From: Moniliella sp. 'wahieum'
Taxonomy: Eukaryota
Assembly: GCA_003971905.1 (NCBI GenBank)
Contig: RSEE01000005.1
Coordinates: 992,001-1,056,000 of the forward strand
Reading direction: 5' to 3'
Length of the DNA stretch: 64,000 bases
Every line of letters starts with the position of its first letter. Within the stretch, counting starts at the first letter, position 1. The notes under the pieces are model-generated. The model did no database searches. It was given only the letters and a program-made list of their open reading frames with translations, and was not told the DNA's origin. The position numbers and the translations under genes were made by a program. Below, one piece after another: positions 12,606 through 24,933 of this stretch.

Positions 12606-15435
12606 ATGCCCTTCCACTTTACCGTCCGCCCGTGCGGGGCTCTGGCCAGCCTCGTCAAGACCCTTACCCCTTCCGGCCACATTGAAACCCCATCCAAGTG
12701 TTCGAGCTGCCGCCGCTGCCCGCCCTGCCGTACCCCCTGCGTCGTCCGAGCCGGAGCGGTGGCAGCAACTTCAGCAGGCCCATCAGGCTTGGCGCCAGCT
12801 CATCTTGGACAAGTACCCCTTTGCTGGGGTGTCGTATGGGGTGGGACCAATTGTGTCCCGCCTCAGCAACAAGCCGCTGGTCGCTTTCGACCCCGACAGC
12901 ATCACCATCCGCTGGCGTTCTAAGAGTGCGCTCGACGGCCCCTGGATAGATGAGCTGAGTATCCTGAACATCTCCGCTTGCGCCAGTTTGAAGGCTCTCA
13001 AGAAAAAGTTGAAGAGATCAGCTATGGAGGCGTGTGTGTGGTGAGTAAGGACCCTCTCTTGCCCAAGTTTGATCTCAAGCGGCCTGTTACCCCCCAGCCT
13101 GTCCAACCTGACCATCGAGGCAACCATGAGGACATCCGACCGCAAGACGGTAGTGCGCAGTTTGCCACCGCTGTCGGTTTGCGTGTGCGCGACAAAGATG
13201 TCCTTTGCCTCCGCCTCAACCTTACCCACATTCTATGCAACTTAAACCATATCGCACCCACTACTGACGTCCAGCTGTTGTGCCGCAAGCGTGTCCGCCT
13301 CTGGTTCCATCACCTCTTCCCTCGCATGGACACCAACACCCATTAATCTCCTGGTCGCAACCATTTGGTCAGAAGCAGCCATTTCGAGTTGCTTTGGTTT
13401 TTTGTCCGGGAACGGACCGGCCCCGCCAGTCTTCCGCGGCCTCCCCGCCGGTACCGAAGCCGAGGTATGTTGCTCCTTCCAAACCTGGGCGGCTCAGCCG
13501 CGTCTACAGTATGGATTCACGTATTGACTTCTCAGAAGCAGGATCCCTGAATCCTCTAGCCAGGTTCAGCCAAGCTCACATCGTGCCAGCGTCAAGGTAG
13601 CGGACAAACGCACCGTGCCCGTGCAGCAGCCTCCAACCCTTAGTAGTCCTGTGGTTTCTGTACCCCCTACGGTACACGAGGGGAGCGTCGCGCAACCCGA
13701 TCTGGCCGCCTTGATAACCTCACTTCGGGACTTGGTGTCTGAAGAGCATCGCAAGACTCGATCGCAGATCACCATAATGCAAGACATGGTTGGGCCGTTG
13801 CTGGAACGTATGGATCAGACGGACAAACTGGCTACCCAGCTCGATCTGCTCACGACGGAAGTGAAAGCTGTGCGTGCAACAGTTGATTCGGTATACAGTC
13901 ATCTTCGTCGCACAGGGATCGAGCATCCTCAAATCTTGTCAAGTCTTGCCCCCACGAAGAGCCAGGTGCCAGCCTCACAAACGAAATCACCCGCTTCATT
14001 TGGCCGCGGATGGTACCAGTCAGAATTACCAGCCCCTGCTGAACTACCTGAGTGCACTCTGCCACATCTGTCGCTTCCAACTTCATCGATGGATGAGATG
14101 AAGTTACCGCAACCCAGCTCCGTGCTGAGTATGCAAGGAAGCCCTGCTCCCTCCATCGATGCTGAGTCGAGTAGCCTGCGGCGGACACTTCCTGAGCAGA
14201 CGGGGCACATCCAAGCTGGCACACATACCGAGAGAGATGCGCTTTGCTTTCTTGTCTAGCCCCCACTTGGTTTCATCTCTCACGCAATCACCGCCACGCG
14301 CTTTGAACGAGGGGGTCGAGGCTTTGGATTTGGCCCAAGTCCTACATTTCCTAGACGGAGCTGTTCGCCCCATTTCTCGGACTCGCAGCCCTGCACAGGA
14401 AGATATGTGTTCAGCTCCTCGGGCTACAGAAACTGCCCAGGAAGTTGTCACTGCCCCTACTCAGGACAACGTCACAACCCCTGCCCAGAACATCACTACA
14501 ACCCCTGCCCAGAACATCACTACAGCACCTGCCCAGAACATCACTACAGCACCTGCCCAGAAAGTCGCCACAACCCCTGACGTTGTATCAAGCTCTACTC
14601 TAGAGCACCCACATTTCCCTGGCTTTAATTCTGAGTGTGAACGCGAGCGCAGCACCACGCCGCTTGCGTTCACTCTCGAGCCTGAGCGTGACCCGAGCGG
14701 GACGTCGGTGCTTTCTGAGCCCAAGCAGGAGCGATGCCCAACGCCATTGACGCCTCCAATGGCAGCATCAGTCACGTCGCTTCTGGATACTGAACAAGTT
14801 CTTAGTTCGGAGACAGTTCCTACCGCTGAGGCCACCCTTTCGGCCGATTCCAACTTTGAGCTTACCCACCCTGCGCTGTCCACCTCGGCTTCGACAACAT
14901 CTCTGTTGGATACGGAGCACGTTCGTGATCCGTCGAACACACTGTTGATGGAAGGACCCCGTCGAATGATGATGAGCTAGGCGGTAGCTCACTTACCGTT
15001 CCCTCCCGTGTCCTTGCGCATGTGGCCCCGTCTGTTGTCTCGAGCCAGGATTTGGAAGAGACGGTGGGGCAGCTTGTCTCAACCAGCTTGTATGACTCTC
15101 ACCCATCGACGGTAACATTGGACATGTCGGGATTGTCATCAACGGTGCAGTTGGGTCAATTTACTCCGGACATGCAGGCCACTACCGAGTCGTATGTGTA
15201 CCCCGACTCGGATGTCTTTTTCCGCTCCGATGGGGAAGGAGATGAGAACGAAACCGATTATGAATTGGTTAGTCGCCCGTCTTCGGTGGCCAGCTCATTT
15301 GCGAGTGCGGGTAGGCATGATTACTCTTCCCTCTTGTTCCTTTTTGACGGTTTGCTCCTCTTTTCCCATCCGCGATTACGCTGGCTTTTGGTTCTATTCC
15401 CATCAGGGATTCCGTTGTTTTGGGGCTCTGTATAA
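12606..15435 (+). CDS. Orphan protein: N-terminal globular region with a degenerate HNH-like segment, a coiled coil and a long S/T/P-rich tail
   Basis: Consecutive overlapping + strand ORFs (12682-13044, 12978-13346, 13291-13527, 13615-14259, 14159-14980, 15022-15435) with protein-like composition. Coiled-coil segment 'LLERMDQTDKLATQLDLLTTEVKAV'. Confidence 0.5.
14479..14561 (+). repeat. 24-bp coding tandem repeat (PAQNITT[T/A])
   Basis: CCTGCCCAGAACATCACTACA(A/G)C(C/A) three times plus a partial fourth copy. Confidence 0.85.
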
Positions 15436-15593
15436 ACAGACTACATGTATAGACATGACGCTCCTGCCCTCCGCCCTGGGGGGGGGGGGGGGGGGGGGGT
15501 GAGGGCCATGCCCATTTTAACTCCAATCCATCATTTGTTTCAACCCAACCTGAATTGCGAGTGGAAACGGGAGCGTATTAAGAAAGTGGTGCA

Positions 15594-16446
15594 TCATGCC
15601 CCCTCTTGGCTGCGCGTCCAACCATCAAGGATCTGGGAAACTACAGAAGCCCCAACCAAATCTTTCAACCGTTCCTCCTCTTCGGGCGTCAACTCGGCCT
15701 GGGCGTTGGGGGGGCGGTAGGGTGCGCAGCGCGGAAGCGAGCGTCAGCGGCTTGCATGATCTGTTGTACCGCCGCATAGAGCGCCTCTGAACGTTCCTCA
15801 GTCTTGCCATCCTCAGCAGATGTACCATTGGGCTGGCCGGACACGTGCTCGGCTGCGGCCAAGTCCCGAGCAATGCGCGCGTCTTCCTCGTCCTCATCGT
15901 TAGCTGGTGCCAAGGGACGGGTAACACCCGTCTTTGCAGCCAGGAGCTCCGCCACCTCAATGTGGCCATTCTCCAAGGCACTATCTAATGCCTGAGGGGA
16001 TAGAGAGGAGGGAGGGGGGCTCAGTACACCACTTTCAATAAGTACAAATAAAAGAAAAAAAAAAACATACCGTTTGTCCCTCGAGATTTTTGTGTCCTGG
16101 GTCAGCGCCGAGTTGGAGAAGAACGTCTGCGACCGGCGCCTGCTCCACAACAAACAAGGGCGTTTCACCATCGTCGTCGGTCACATTGACACCGTTGGGA
16201 GGGCAAGAGGAATGTGTGAGGAGGAAACGTAGAACGTCGATGTGTCCATATGACGCAGCAGCGTGGACCGGGGTGTAGGTGAACTCATCCGGGACAGTTG
16301 GGCTTAGGCCTGAGCACATGGGGTTAGCGAAAGCCCGCGAGCGCCAGAAATTGCGGGTCCATGTACAAACCCTCCGTCTCGACCAAGTGGCGCACACGGG
16401 GCAGGTCACCCTCTCCTGCCGCAATCCAAATGTTCTTGGCCGACAT
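15594..16446 (-). CDS. Small ankyrin-repeat protein (YCR051W-like)
   Basis: 'MSAKNIWIAAGEGDLPRVRHLVE', 'DEFTYTPVHAAASYGHIDVLRFLL', 'VNVTDDDGETPLFVVE', 'KNLEGQT|ALDSA'. Two GT-AG introns with CTAAC/CTGAG branch sites. Confidence 0.85.
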
Positions 16447-16752
16447 TTCTTGTGGTAGCCCCAGTCGTCCAGTGTCGAGGGTGGGGGAAGCGGTGGTGGC
16501 CGTGGCAAGGGCCGATGTTGTCAAGGCTTATGTTGGTCTGCTGCGACCGACCGATCGACTGGGAGGTGCCAGTTACGTCAGGGCGTTCACTAGGGTTGGG
16601 TGGACACTGCCCCTCGGCTGTTCCGAAACCCTTTTTTTCTCTTCTCGGGGCCTGAAGCGAGGGGATCTGAAGCGTTTGCCGCCGAGGTGGCCGACGTTGC
16701 CGCCAAACTCACCACCACGCTCTCCCCCCTCCCATACCCCTAGGTACTCGAG

Positions 16753-19700
16753 ATGGGAAAGAAAAAAGGAGGCCGCAAGGCTGCCAATGACGATTGGGAG
16801 GCCGAACTCGGAGAAACTATCCCTCCTGCGCAGCTTGCCGCTGAGGACACCGACGCTGCTCCCGCCCCCGCACCTCCTGTGGCAGAGGACGACGACTTTG
16901 GTGGTGGCCTAATGGCCAGTGTCCAGGCCGCGTCCAAGAAAGGCAAGAAGAACAAGAAGAAGAATGAAGTTAACTGGGACGAGCTTGAGGCCGAAGCAGC
17001 AGAAATTACTGGCGATGCTCCTCCCCCTGCCGAAACGGCGGAGGAGACGCAACCCCCAGCTCCAGCACCCAAGCCTGCTGCGGCCGAGCCGGCCAAGCCG
17101 GCTCAGGAGGATGAGGCTCCGAAGGTACGTGACTCTTACAGATGGTTTCAAGTGTGATAAAGTACTGACTGTATGTGGTGTGTTTCTAGCTTCTAACCAA
17201 GAAGGAGAAAGAGCGCTTGAAAAAAGAAAAGGAGAAGGCAGCTAAAAAGGCTGCTGCGGATGCCAAGCGCGCTGCCGCGGATGCGCAGCCCAAAACAGAA
17301 TCATCTCCTACGGCTGGGGATGCGGACCAAAATGAAGGTGATGTCTCCTCTAATTCGAAAAGCAAGAACAAGAAAAAGAAGGGTGCCGGGGGGGAGACAA
17401 GGCACCCGCGGGTGGCAAGAAGCCAACAGGTGCACTGGCTATGCTCCGTGCTCAGATGGAAGCGCGTAAAAAGGCTGAGGAGGAGGCTCGTTTGGCTGAG
17501 GAGGCAGAACGCAAGCGGATGGAAGAGGAGGAACGCAAGGAGCGTGAGGAAGCGGAGGCCAAGGAGGCTGCCCGCTTGGCCAAGAAGGAAAAGGAGCGTC
17601 TCAAGAAAGAGCAGCTGCGTAAGGAAGGCAAGCTGCTCACCCCGGCCGAAAAGAAGAAGCAGAAGGAGGCTGAGCAGCGACTGAAGGCCATGATTGCTGC
17701 AGGTCAAGTATCGGCCGATGTGCTCGAGCGGCGCAATCCTTCCGCGGACGGGGGAGAGAAGAAAAAGCGCGTTGTGTACGACAATAAGAAGAAAAAGAAG
17801 ACGCCCCCTACAGCCGAGGAAATTGCGGCGCAAGAAGCTGCTGCGGCCGCGGCAGCCCGAAAGAAGGCCGAAGACGAGGCTCGTGAGCGTGAGGCAGAGG
17901 CCCGCAAGGCCAAGGAGGCCGAGCAAAGTAAGAAGCCAGCTGAGGACGACGATGATGGCCTGGATGATTGGGATGCCGAGTCAGACGAGAACGGCGAAGG
18001 GGGGGACTTGGACGACTGGGATGCCGACTCGGATGTGGAGGATAACCAAAAGACTCAAAAGCCTGCCACATCCGGTGCCCAAAAGGCCGCACCGCCTAAA
18101 AAGGCTGGGGCCAACGGCAAGAAAGCAGCGCCACCCCCTTCAGATTCAGAGGAGGATTCGGATGATGACTCAGACGAGGAGAGCAGCTCAGACGAGGAGT
18201 TGACGACTCGGCAAAAGATGGAGCAAGCACGCAAGGAGGAGGCTCACGAGCGCAGGCTGAAGCGGCATGAGGAAGCGATGCAAGCCCGGTCCAAGGATAA
18301 TCTTCGGTCGCCTATCTGCTGTATTCTGGGTCACGTCGACACGGGCAAGACGAAGTTGCTCGACAAGATCCGTCAGACCAACGTCCAGGAAGGCGAAGCA
18401 GGTGGCATACACAACAAATCGGTGCCACATACTTCCCCGTGGAGAACATCAGGGCCAAGACTCGTGTGATTGACCCCAAGGGCGAATTCGAGTACAAGAT
18501 TCCTGGTCTCCTTGTTATTGACACGCCTGGTCACGAGTCGTTTACCAACCTCCGCTCCCGTGGTACTTCCCTTTGCAACATTGCCATTCTTGTCATTGAC
18601 ATCATGCACGGTCTCGAGCCCCAAACTCTGGAGTCGATCCGTCTGCTGCGGGATAGTAAGACCCCCTTCATTGTGGCCCTCAACAAAATCGATCGTCTCT
18701 ATGGTTGGAAAGCGACCCCCAACAATGGCTTCCGCCTGAGCTGGGACAACCAGAACAGGGGCACTCAATCCGAGTTTGATGATCGCCTCAAGGCAGTCAG
18801 GGTGGCGCTCGCCGAGCAAGGGCTTAACGCGGAGCTGTACTTCAAGAACAAGGACGTTCGCAAGACCGTCTCACTTGTTCCCACATCGGCTCACACTGGA
18901 GAGGGTATTCCCGACATGCTCCAACTACTCACGGAGCTTACCCAGACTCGGATGAGCGGAGCGCTCATGTACCTCTCAGAACTCGAGGCAACAGTGCTCG
19001 AGGTCAAGGTCATTGAAGGGTTGGGCACTACGATTGATGTTGTGCTCAGCAATGGTATTCTCCATGAAGGTGACCGGATTGTCGTGGCTGGATTGAATGG
19101 GCAAGCGATCGTGACCCAAGTGCGTGCACTGCTCACTCCACAGCCACTCAAGGAGATGCGGGTTAAGGGCTCCTACGTCCATCACAAGGAGATTAAAGCG
19201 GCGATGGGCGTCAAGATTGCGGCCCCTGATCTGGAGCAGGCTGTGGCTGGGTCCCGTCTTCTCGTCGTCGGCCCTGACGATGATGAAGATGACCTGAAGG
19301 ATGAGGTGATGGGTGACCTTACTTCGCTCCTCAACAGCATTGACCGCTCGGGTCGGGGTGTGTCGGTGCAGGCTTCGACGTTGGGATCGCTCGAGGCGCT
19401 ACTCGAGTTCCTCAAGCAGAGCAAAATCCCTGTATCAAGCGTCAACATTGGTCCTGTGTACAAGAAGGATGTGATGCGCACCGCAACCATGCTGGAAAAG
19501 GCGCCTGAGTTTGCTGCCATGCTTTGCTTTGACGTGGAGGTGGACAAGGAGGCCGCTCGTCTGGCAGAGGAGCTGGGGATTCGCATCTTCCAGGCCGACA
19601 TTATCTACCATCTCTTTGATGCCTTCACCGCTTACAACCAAGAGATCTTGGCACAACGTCGTGCCGCTGCCGCTCCTGTCGCGGTCTGGCCCTGCCGTCT

Positions 19701-20094
19701 TCGCATCCTGCACGTGTTTACCAACCGTTCGCCGTTGATTCTCGGTGTGGACATTATCGATGGTTCGCTGCGCGTGGGAACGCCCTTGGCGGTCGTCAAG
19801 GTTGACCCGGCAACAAAAAAGAAGACGACGGTGGACTTGGGACGGGTAGTATCACTACAGATTAACAAGACGGACAAACAACTGGTGACCAAGAAGGGGT
19901 GGGTGCTGGTGTGGCCGTCAAGATTGAGAATGAACAAGATTGAGGTGGGCAAACAAATTCTCGAGTCGGACGAAATTGTGTCCAAGATCTCTCGGGCGTC
20001 GATCGACAGCTTGAAGGACTTGTTCTGGGACACTGTCTCGACCGATGAAAAGAGGCTGATCAAGAAGCTCAAGGGTGTGCTCGACATCCCTTGA
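16753..20094 (+). CDS. FUN12: Translation initiation factor eIF5B
   Basis: Charged K/E/D-rich N-terminus, '[36 protein letters not shown]', '[16 protein letters not shown]', 'NKID', 'SAHTGEG', '[13 protein letters not shown]'. Intron at about 17125-17189. Confidence 0.96.
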
Positions 20095-20460
20095 TTGCTG
20101 GCTTCACTCTTCATATCTCAGTGATCATATGCCCCATCTCCTCTACGCTTCCATACTATCCGATGTGCTTGTATACACTGCTGCTCGCGCGCACTGGCAG
20201 AACGATGGTATATAGACATGGACATAGTACAGATGCGAGCCCCGCGAAAACGATGGCCGATCACCCTAGACTTGTATTCGGCACAGCGCCCCGTTGGAGG
20301 CAAAGCCTTGTTTTGGGTTATCGGACACCGTGGTCTGCGCCACCGCCGGCGCCACAGCGGGCCACAGCTCGCGCACACAGCCTTAGGAGTACAAGCAACA
20401 GTCACCACCCCACCACCATCCCACCTTCCGCCTTCACCCTTCACCTGCACCCCCGACCAA

Positions 20461-21845
20461 ATGGGCTTCAAAGACCACGTGTGTACTGGGGAGATCCGTC
20501 CTAGTAATCAGACTGACATTTATCCCCTCTAGTTTATCCCCAAGCCCCCGGGTGAGCCATCGTTGCCACCGGTGCGCTCGAATGGGTATGCACCGCGTTA
20601 CAATGTGCCGGCCAACCCTGGTGCCCGCAACCAACCGCTGCCTGGCGAGAAGCCCTCCGCCAACAATGGCCAGGATCCCAACGGCTACGATTCGCACAAC
20701 CCTCCCAAAGCGGTGTGGGGCAAGATCGGTAACGGTTACGACCGCTTTCGCCAGCGCCGCGATGCAGGCAAGATCCCGCCCGTCCAGCAGCCCAGCCGGC
20801 CGATGGTGGCTATGGCAACCCAGGTGGTTACGGCAATGCAGGTGTCTACAGTAATGCAGGTGTCTACGGTAACCAAGACGGTACGGACAGCCAAGTGGCG
20901 GTTATGGCCAGCAAGGTGGAGGGTACGCACCTCGACCCCTCAGTCTGGCGTGTCGGCGTACAATTCTTATGGCTCGCAACGGGAAGGCTATGGCTCTCAT
21001 TCACAGGCAGCAAAGACGGCCCAGCAGGAGCTCGAGGAGGAGTATGGCGCGACACCGGGCAATGCCCTAAGCGGGACGAATACGGGAACGAGGTGCAGAG
21101 GTGGAGCAGACGGAATCGGATGAGGAGGTGGAGGCAGTCAAGCAGCAAATTCGGTTCACCAAGCAAGAGACCCTAAGCTCGTCCGGAATGCTCTGCGCAT
21201 GGCTCGCGAGGCTGAGGAGACGGCGATGAACAGCATGATGCGCTGGGCGATCGATCAGAGTGAGAAGCTGGCCGACACAGAACGCAACTTGGATCTGTCG
21301 AAGGCGTATGCTCACCGCGCTGACGACAATGCCCGTGAAATTGAGCGGCTTAATCGGTCCATTTTCCGTCCCAACATTACCCTGAACAAATCGCACAAAC
21401 GTGCTGCTGAAGAGGCGCGGATCGTTAATCGTCACATTGACGAGCGTGAGGAACGTGAACGACTCCGCGCTGAGGCATATGGCGCTCAACGCCGGGTGGA
21501 TGATTCGTTAGGTGGACCAGGAAGCAGTTCCCGATTTGGAAAGTCGACTTTGCCTTCGGTCGTCACAAGGATTCTGCTACTGCTGACCCACAAGCCACTA
21601 AGCTGGCCCAAAGAGCGCGCTACCAGTTTGAGGCTACCGCCTCTGATGATGAGTTGGAAGACGAAGTAGACGACAACATGGACCAACTGGGCCAGATTGG
21701 CGGAAACCTGCACCGCCTCGGCGTAGCTATGGGTACCGAGATTGATGACCAAAACCGCCGCATTGGTCGTCTGAGCGACAAAGCGTCAATCGTGGACACA
21801 GATATTACTACATCCACCATGCGCTTGAATGGCATCAGCCGTTAA
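20461..21845 (+). CDS. SEC9: SNAP-25-like t-SNARE Sec9
   Basis: G/Y-rich N-terminus. Qb SNARE 'EEVEAVKQQIRFTKQE..NALRMAREAEE..QSEKLADTERNLDLSK..LNRSIFRP' and Qc SNARE 'EDEVDDNMDQL..MGTEIDDQNRRIGRLSDK'. Short 5' intron. Confidence 0.9.
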
Positions 21846-22964
21846 TTAGTGCCAGCTGGTTCTCTTCGCACATTTTCGGATTCAACGTATAACCCCTTTC
21901 CCTTACTCTCCCCGCTTACTTGAACTTCTGCGCCTGCTCCTGCCTCGTCCACTATTCAGCTTTCTGTATCTCCCTGCTAAAGCTTCAATCGTCGGTTCCG
22001 TGTTATGTTCTGGCTGCTGTATGCCCCCAGAGAGGTACTTGCTGTCCAACATTCATTACACCCATTGGTGTGAAGGGATCCTCTCGATTCGATCATTATA
22101 TCCCTCCATCTTTCTTAGTTGACAGAACCATCTGGCTAGCTTGGCTAGCTTGTGTTTGTATGGAGGGTCGGTTTGTATTAGAGCAAACAGCAGCGGCCAT
22201 CGACACAGGCCATCATCATATCATCACATGACGGATGTTGGACGAGAGCGGTAGTCTCCATTTTTTCCTGGCTATCTGTTGGTAGCCTTCTTTTTCGTCT
22301 ACCGCCTATCTCCTTCACAGTAGCTTTCCATTGAAATGGAGACGCCCTTCTGGGCCTATATACTGTTTGGGATACGTGTTTGTGCAGAGATAGTGGGATG
22401 CTTCTTCATCAGGCGAAGAGCAGAGCCCCCACTTTCATGACCTTCCGTGGCGGTGGGCTCGATCCCATACATGTTGGCCAGAACATATAGAGTTGGAGAG
22501 GGACGTGACATGTGACACGGGAGCAACCCTATAGCGGTAGTTCGGAGCCAATCAAAACTTGATTGTTTTCCATGATCTCGCAACAGAGGCAAAAACTCTA
22601 TCCTTTTCTCTTTTGAGGATAGACGCAGGTGTGACGGAGAGGAGCTTCCGTTTGCTTGAGCTGCCTCTGTGCTTTTGTTGTCATCAAGAAGAAGGTCGTT
22701 GGAGGAACCGCGTCTATGGGTAATTCACAGTAAATGTTGGTGCTGATGGGCGGATACATGACCGCGTCACAGCACCATATCTGCGTAGCAGTTCATTTGA
22801 GCAGAGTGGACAGTCGGCCCCCTTCCGCAGGGACTCGAAGTTGGAGGATAGTGCGATTCGTGGTGTCCACATTTTGTTAAGCGCGTCTTTATGCTGATGG
22901 TCCTGAACGATGTTACCTGATACGTGCAAAACAATGTAACTGCTGTTCGCAGGCGACAAAAAAA

Positions 22965-23058
22965 TCTCCCCTCTGGGAGTCGAACCCAGGACATTCAGAG
23001 CGGATGATTCCACTTGACCAATTACAATCTGACGCTCTTCCAACTGAGCTAAGGAGAG
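22965..23058 (-). tRNA. tRNA-Tyr(GUA) with a 21-nt canonical intron
   Basis: Acceptor CTCTCCT/AGGGGAG with C1:G72 and A73, D arm GCTC/GAGC, anticodon stem TCAGA/TCTGA, loop TT-GTA-A plus intron, T loop TTCGACT, followed by a T7 terminator. Confidence 0.93.
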
Positions 23059-23418
23059 GCTCATGGTAAAATTTTAAATTGCCAGTAATGCAGTCGTAGG
23101 GAATTAAAAGAAGAAAAAAGAAAGCAACAACCGCAAAATATCCCATCAGCTGCCCGCCTTCCTCCCAGCCAACGTGCTTTGTAAAGGCTTGCGTGTGATT
23201 AGAAGTAGCAGTGTCCGGCTATACCCTTGGCACACTGGAGTAGTTTGCCTCGCTACAATACCCTCCCCCCACAACGAAGGCGCAAATGGGGAATGCACCA
23301 CATGAGGAAGGCACATTGAAATTTGAACTGTTGGCGCAGTTCTTCTTGCTGGCGAAGTTGGAATTTGGATGTGCTGTCCGCCGCATTGCAGGGCAGGCTA
23401 GAACCCACCATCTTCGTC

Positions 23419-24036
23419 ATGCAAGCCCTCTTTATCCGTTCTCTGGCTGGCGCGCGCACATCCGCTGTGCGCGTGAACCTGGCCGCACGTCTGTCCAGTA
23501 CGCGCTACTCTTTGTCTGTTCATGCACTGATCATGTGGCGGTGTGCTGGCTGCAGCGTGCGCGGGTGTGCGAAGGCGACCTGTTTGCCACGCTCAAGGCT
23601 GAACGGATGACGGCGATGCGGGCCAAAAACTCATCGCGGGCCGGTGTCATCCGGTCGCTTCTGAGTGACTATCAATATGCCCAGAAGAATGCTCAGATTG
23701 CCGGGAAGGATCCCGAGTCGGTGGACCTCTTGTCGGTGGTACAAAAGGCACTTGTGCGTCGTCAGGAAGCTTCGGCCCAGTTCCGCGCTGGCAACCGGGA
23801 AGATCTCGCCACGAAGAGGAGGAAGAGGCTCAAGTGATTCAAGAATCCTCCCTCAACCGCTCTCAGAAGAAGAGATCTCTGCGATCATCCAGCAAGTTGT
23901 CGCCGAGGCTGGGATCGACCCCAAGGGCAAGGGCGCCATGGGCCAGATTATGGCTGCTGTCAACAAGAAGGTTGACAAGGTCCGTGCACCGTCCAAGACG
24001 GTTTCGGCTTTGGTCAAGGCGCTAGTTAGTGCCTAA
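23419..24036 (+). CDS. AIM41: Mitochondrial YqeY/GatB-domain protein (Aim41-like)
   Basis: Arg-rich presequence, 'LKAERMTAMRAKN..VIRSLLSD..VVQKALVRRQEASAQFRAGNREDLA', 'LPQPLSEEEI..KGAMGQIMAAV'. Confidence 0.85.
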
Positions 24037-24816
24037 CGGAGAGGACGTAGACGTTATCCAGGTCGGGATATCTGGTTTGGTCATTCGTCCGTCCTTCTAA
24101 GAGTTGATCGGCTTAATAGGTCCTCTCCAACAATGAACACAGTGTGGTGGCATGTCACTGCAAAGCCCTGCGCGGACCCTATCTGCATCGGGTCCTGCAA
24201 CGCGAACAGCAGAGGTGCGGAGCACATCGGGCATGTGTTGATCCCTAGCGAAAGTTGTGATATAACGGTACAGAGTACGGCGTTTGGCTACCGCCCATAG
24301 AATGCTAATACTTCAAAGAGGGAAATCAACAGGGAGATTCTCATGAATGGGCACTATATATGCTGCTGGCTTCGATCACAAGTAAGGAAAAGGTTATGCG
24401 CGAGTTTGATCGCCTACACTATCGGCCCACTAGGTATAGGAGGTGTATCGCAGCTGTGGGTGCAAACGCTGCCATACCGTTAATTGATTATCTCGCCCCC
24501 CTGATGGGAATGACAAAAAGGAAGTATGATAGGGCGACTTTCCCCCTTATTTGGGTGGAGTGAGATTAACAAGGGATGGACACGGGGAAATAAGGCCGCC
24601 TTGGGGCATGGGGTGTGGTGCAGAAAGAGAAAAGTGGACGTTGCACACAAAACGAAAACCCGCCGGTTTGCTCCACTTTCTCGTCGTAAAATAGCCAGGC
24701 AGACTCGTGTTGCAAATCAATATCGTTATCCTGGTGCGGCAGCTGGCACAATTGAAACAAAGCGTAATGGTAAATTGCATGCTCGGCGGAGCGAAAGTAC
24801 AGCTCTCATAAAAAAG

Positions 24817-24933
24817 CACGCTTCGCAGTCGTTTAGTGAAGTATACCACCATCGCCACGCTTCGCAGTCGTGTAGAGAAGTCTACCACCATCGCCACGTT
24901 TCTCAGTCGTTTTGTGAAGTATACCACCATCGC
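24817..24933 (+). repeat. 39-bp tandem minisatellite, three copies
   Basis: CACGCTTCGCAGTCGTTTAGTGAAGTATACCACCATCGC at 24817, 24856 and 24895, with a few substitutions and no spacers. Confidence 0.9.

Noticed and set aside
24817..24933. CRISPR array
   Set aside because: The units are directly adjacent with no unique spacers, there are no cas genes, and the context is eukaryotic.
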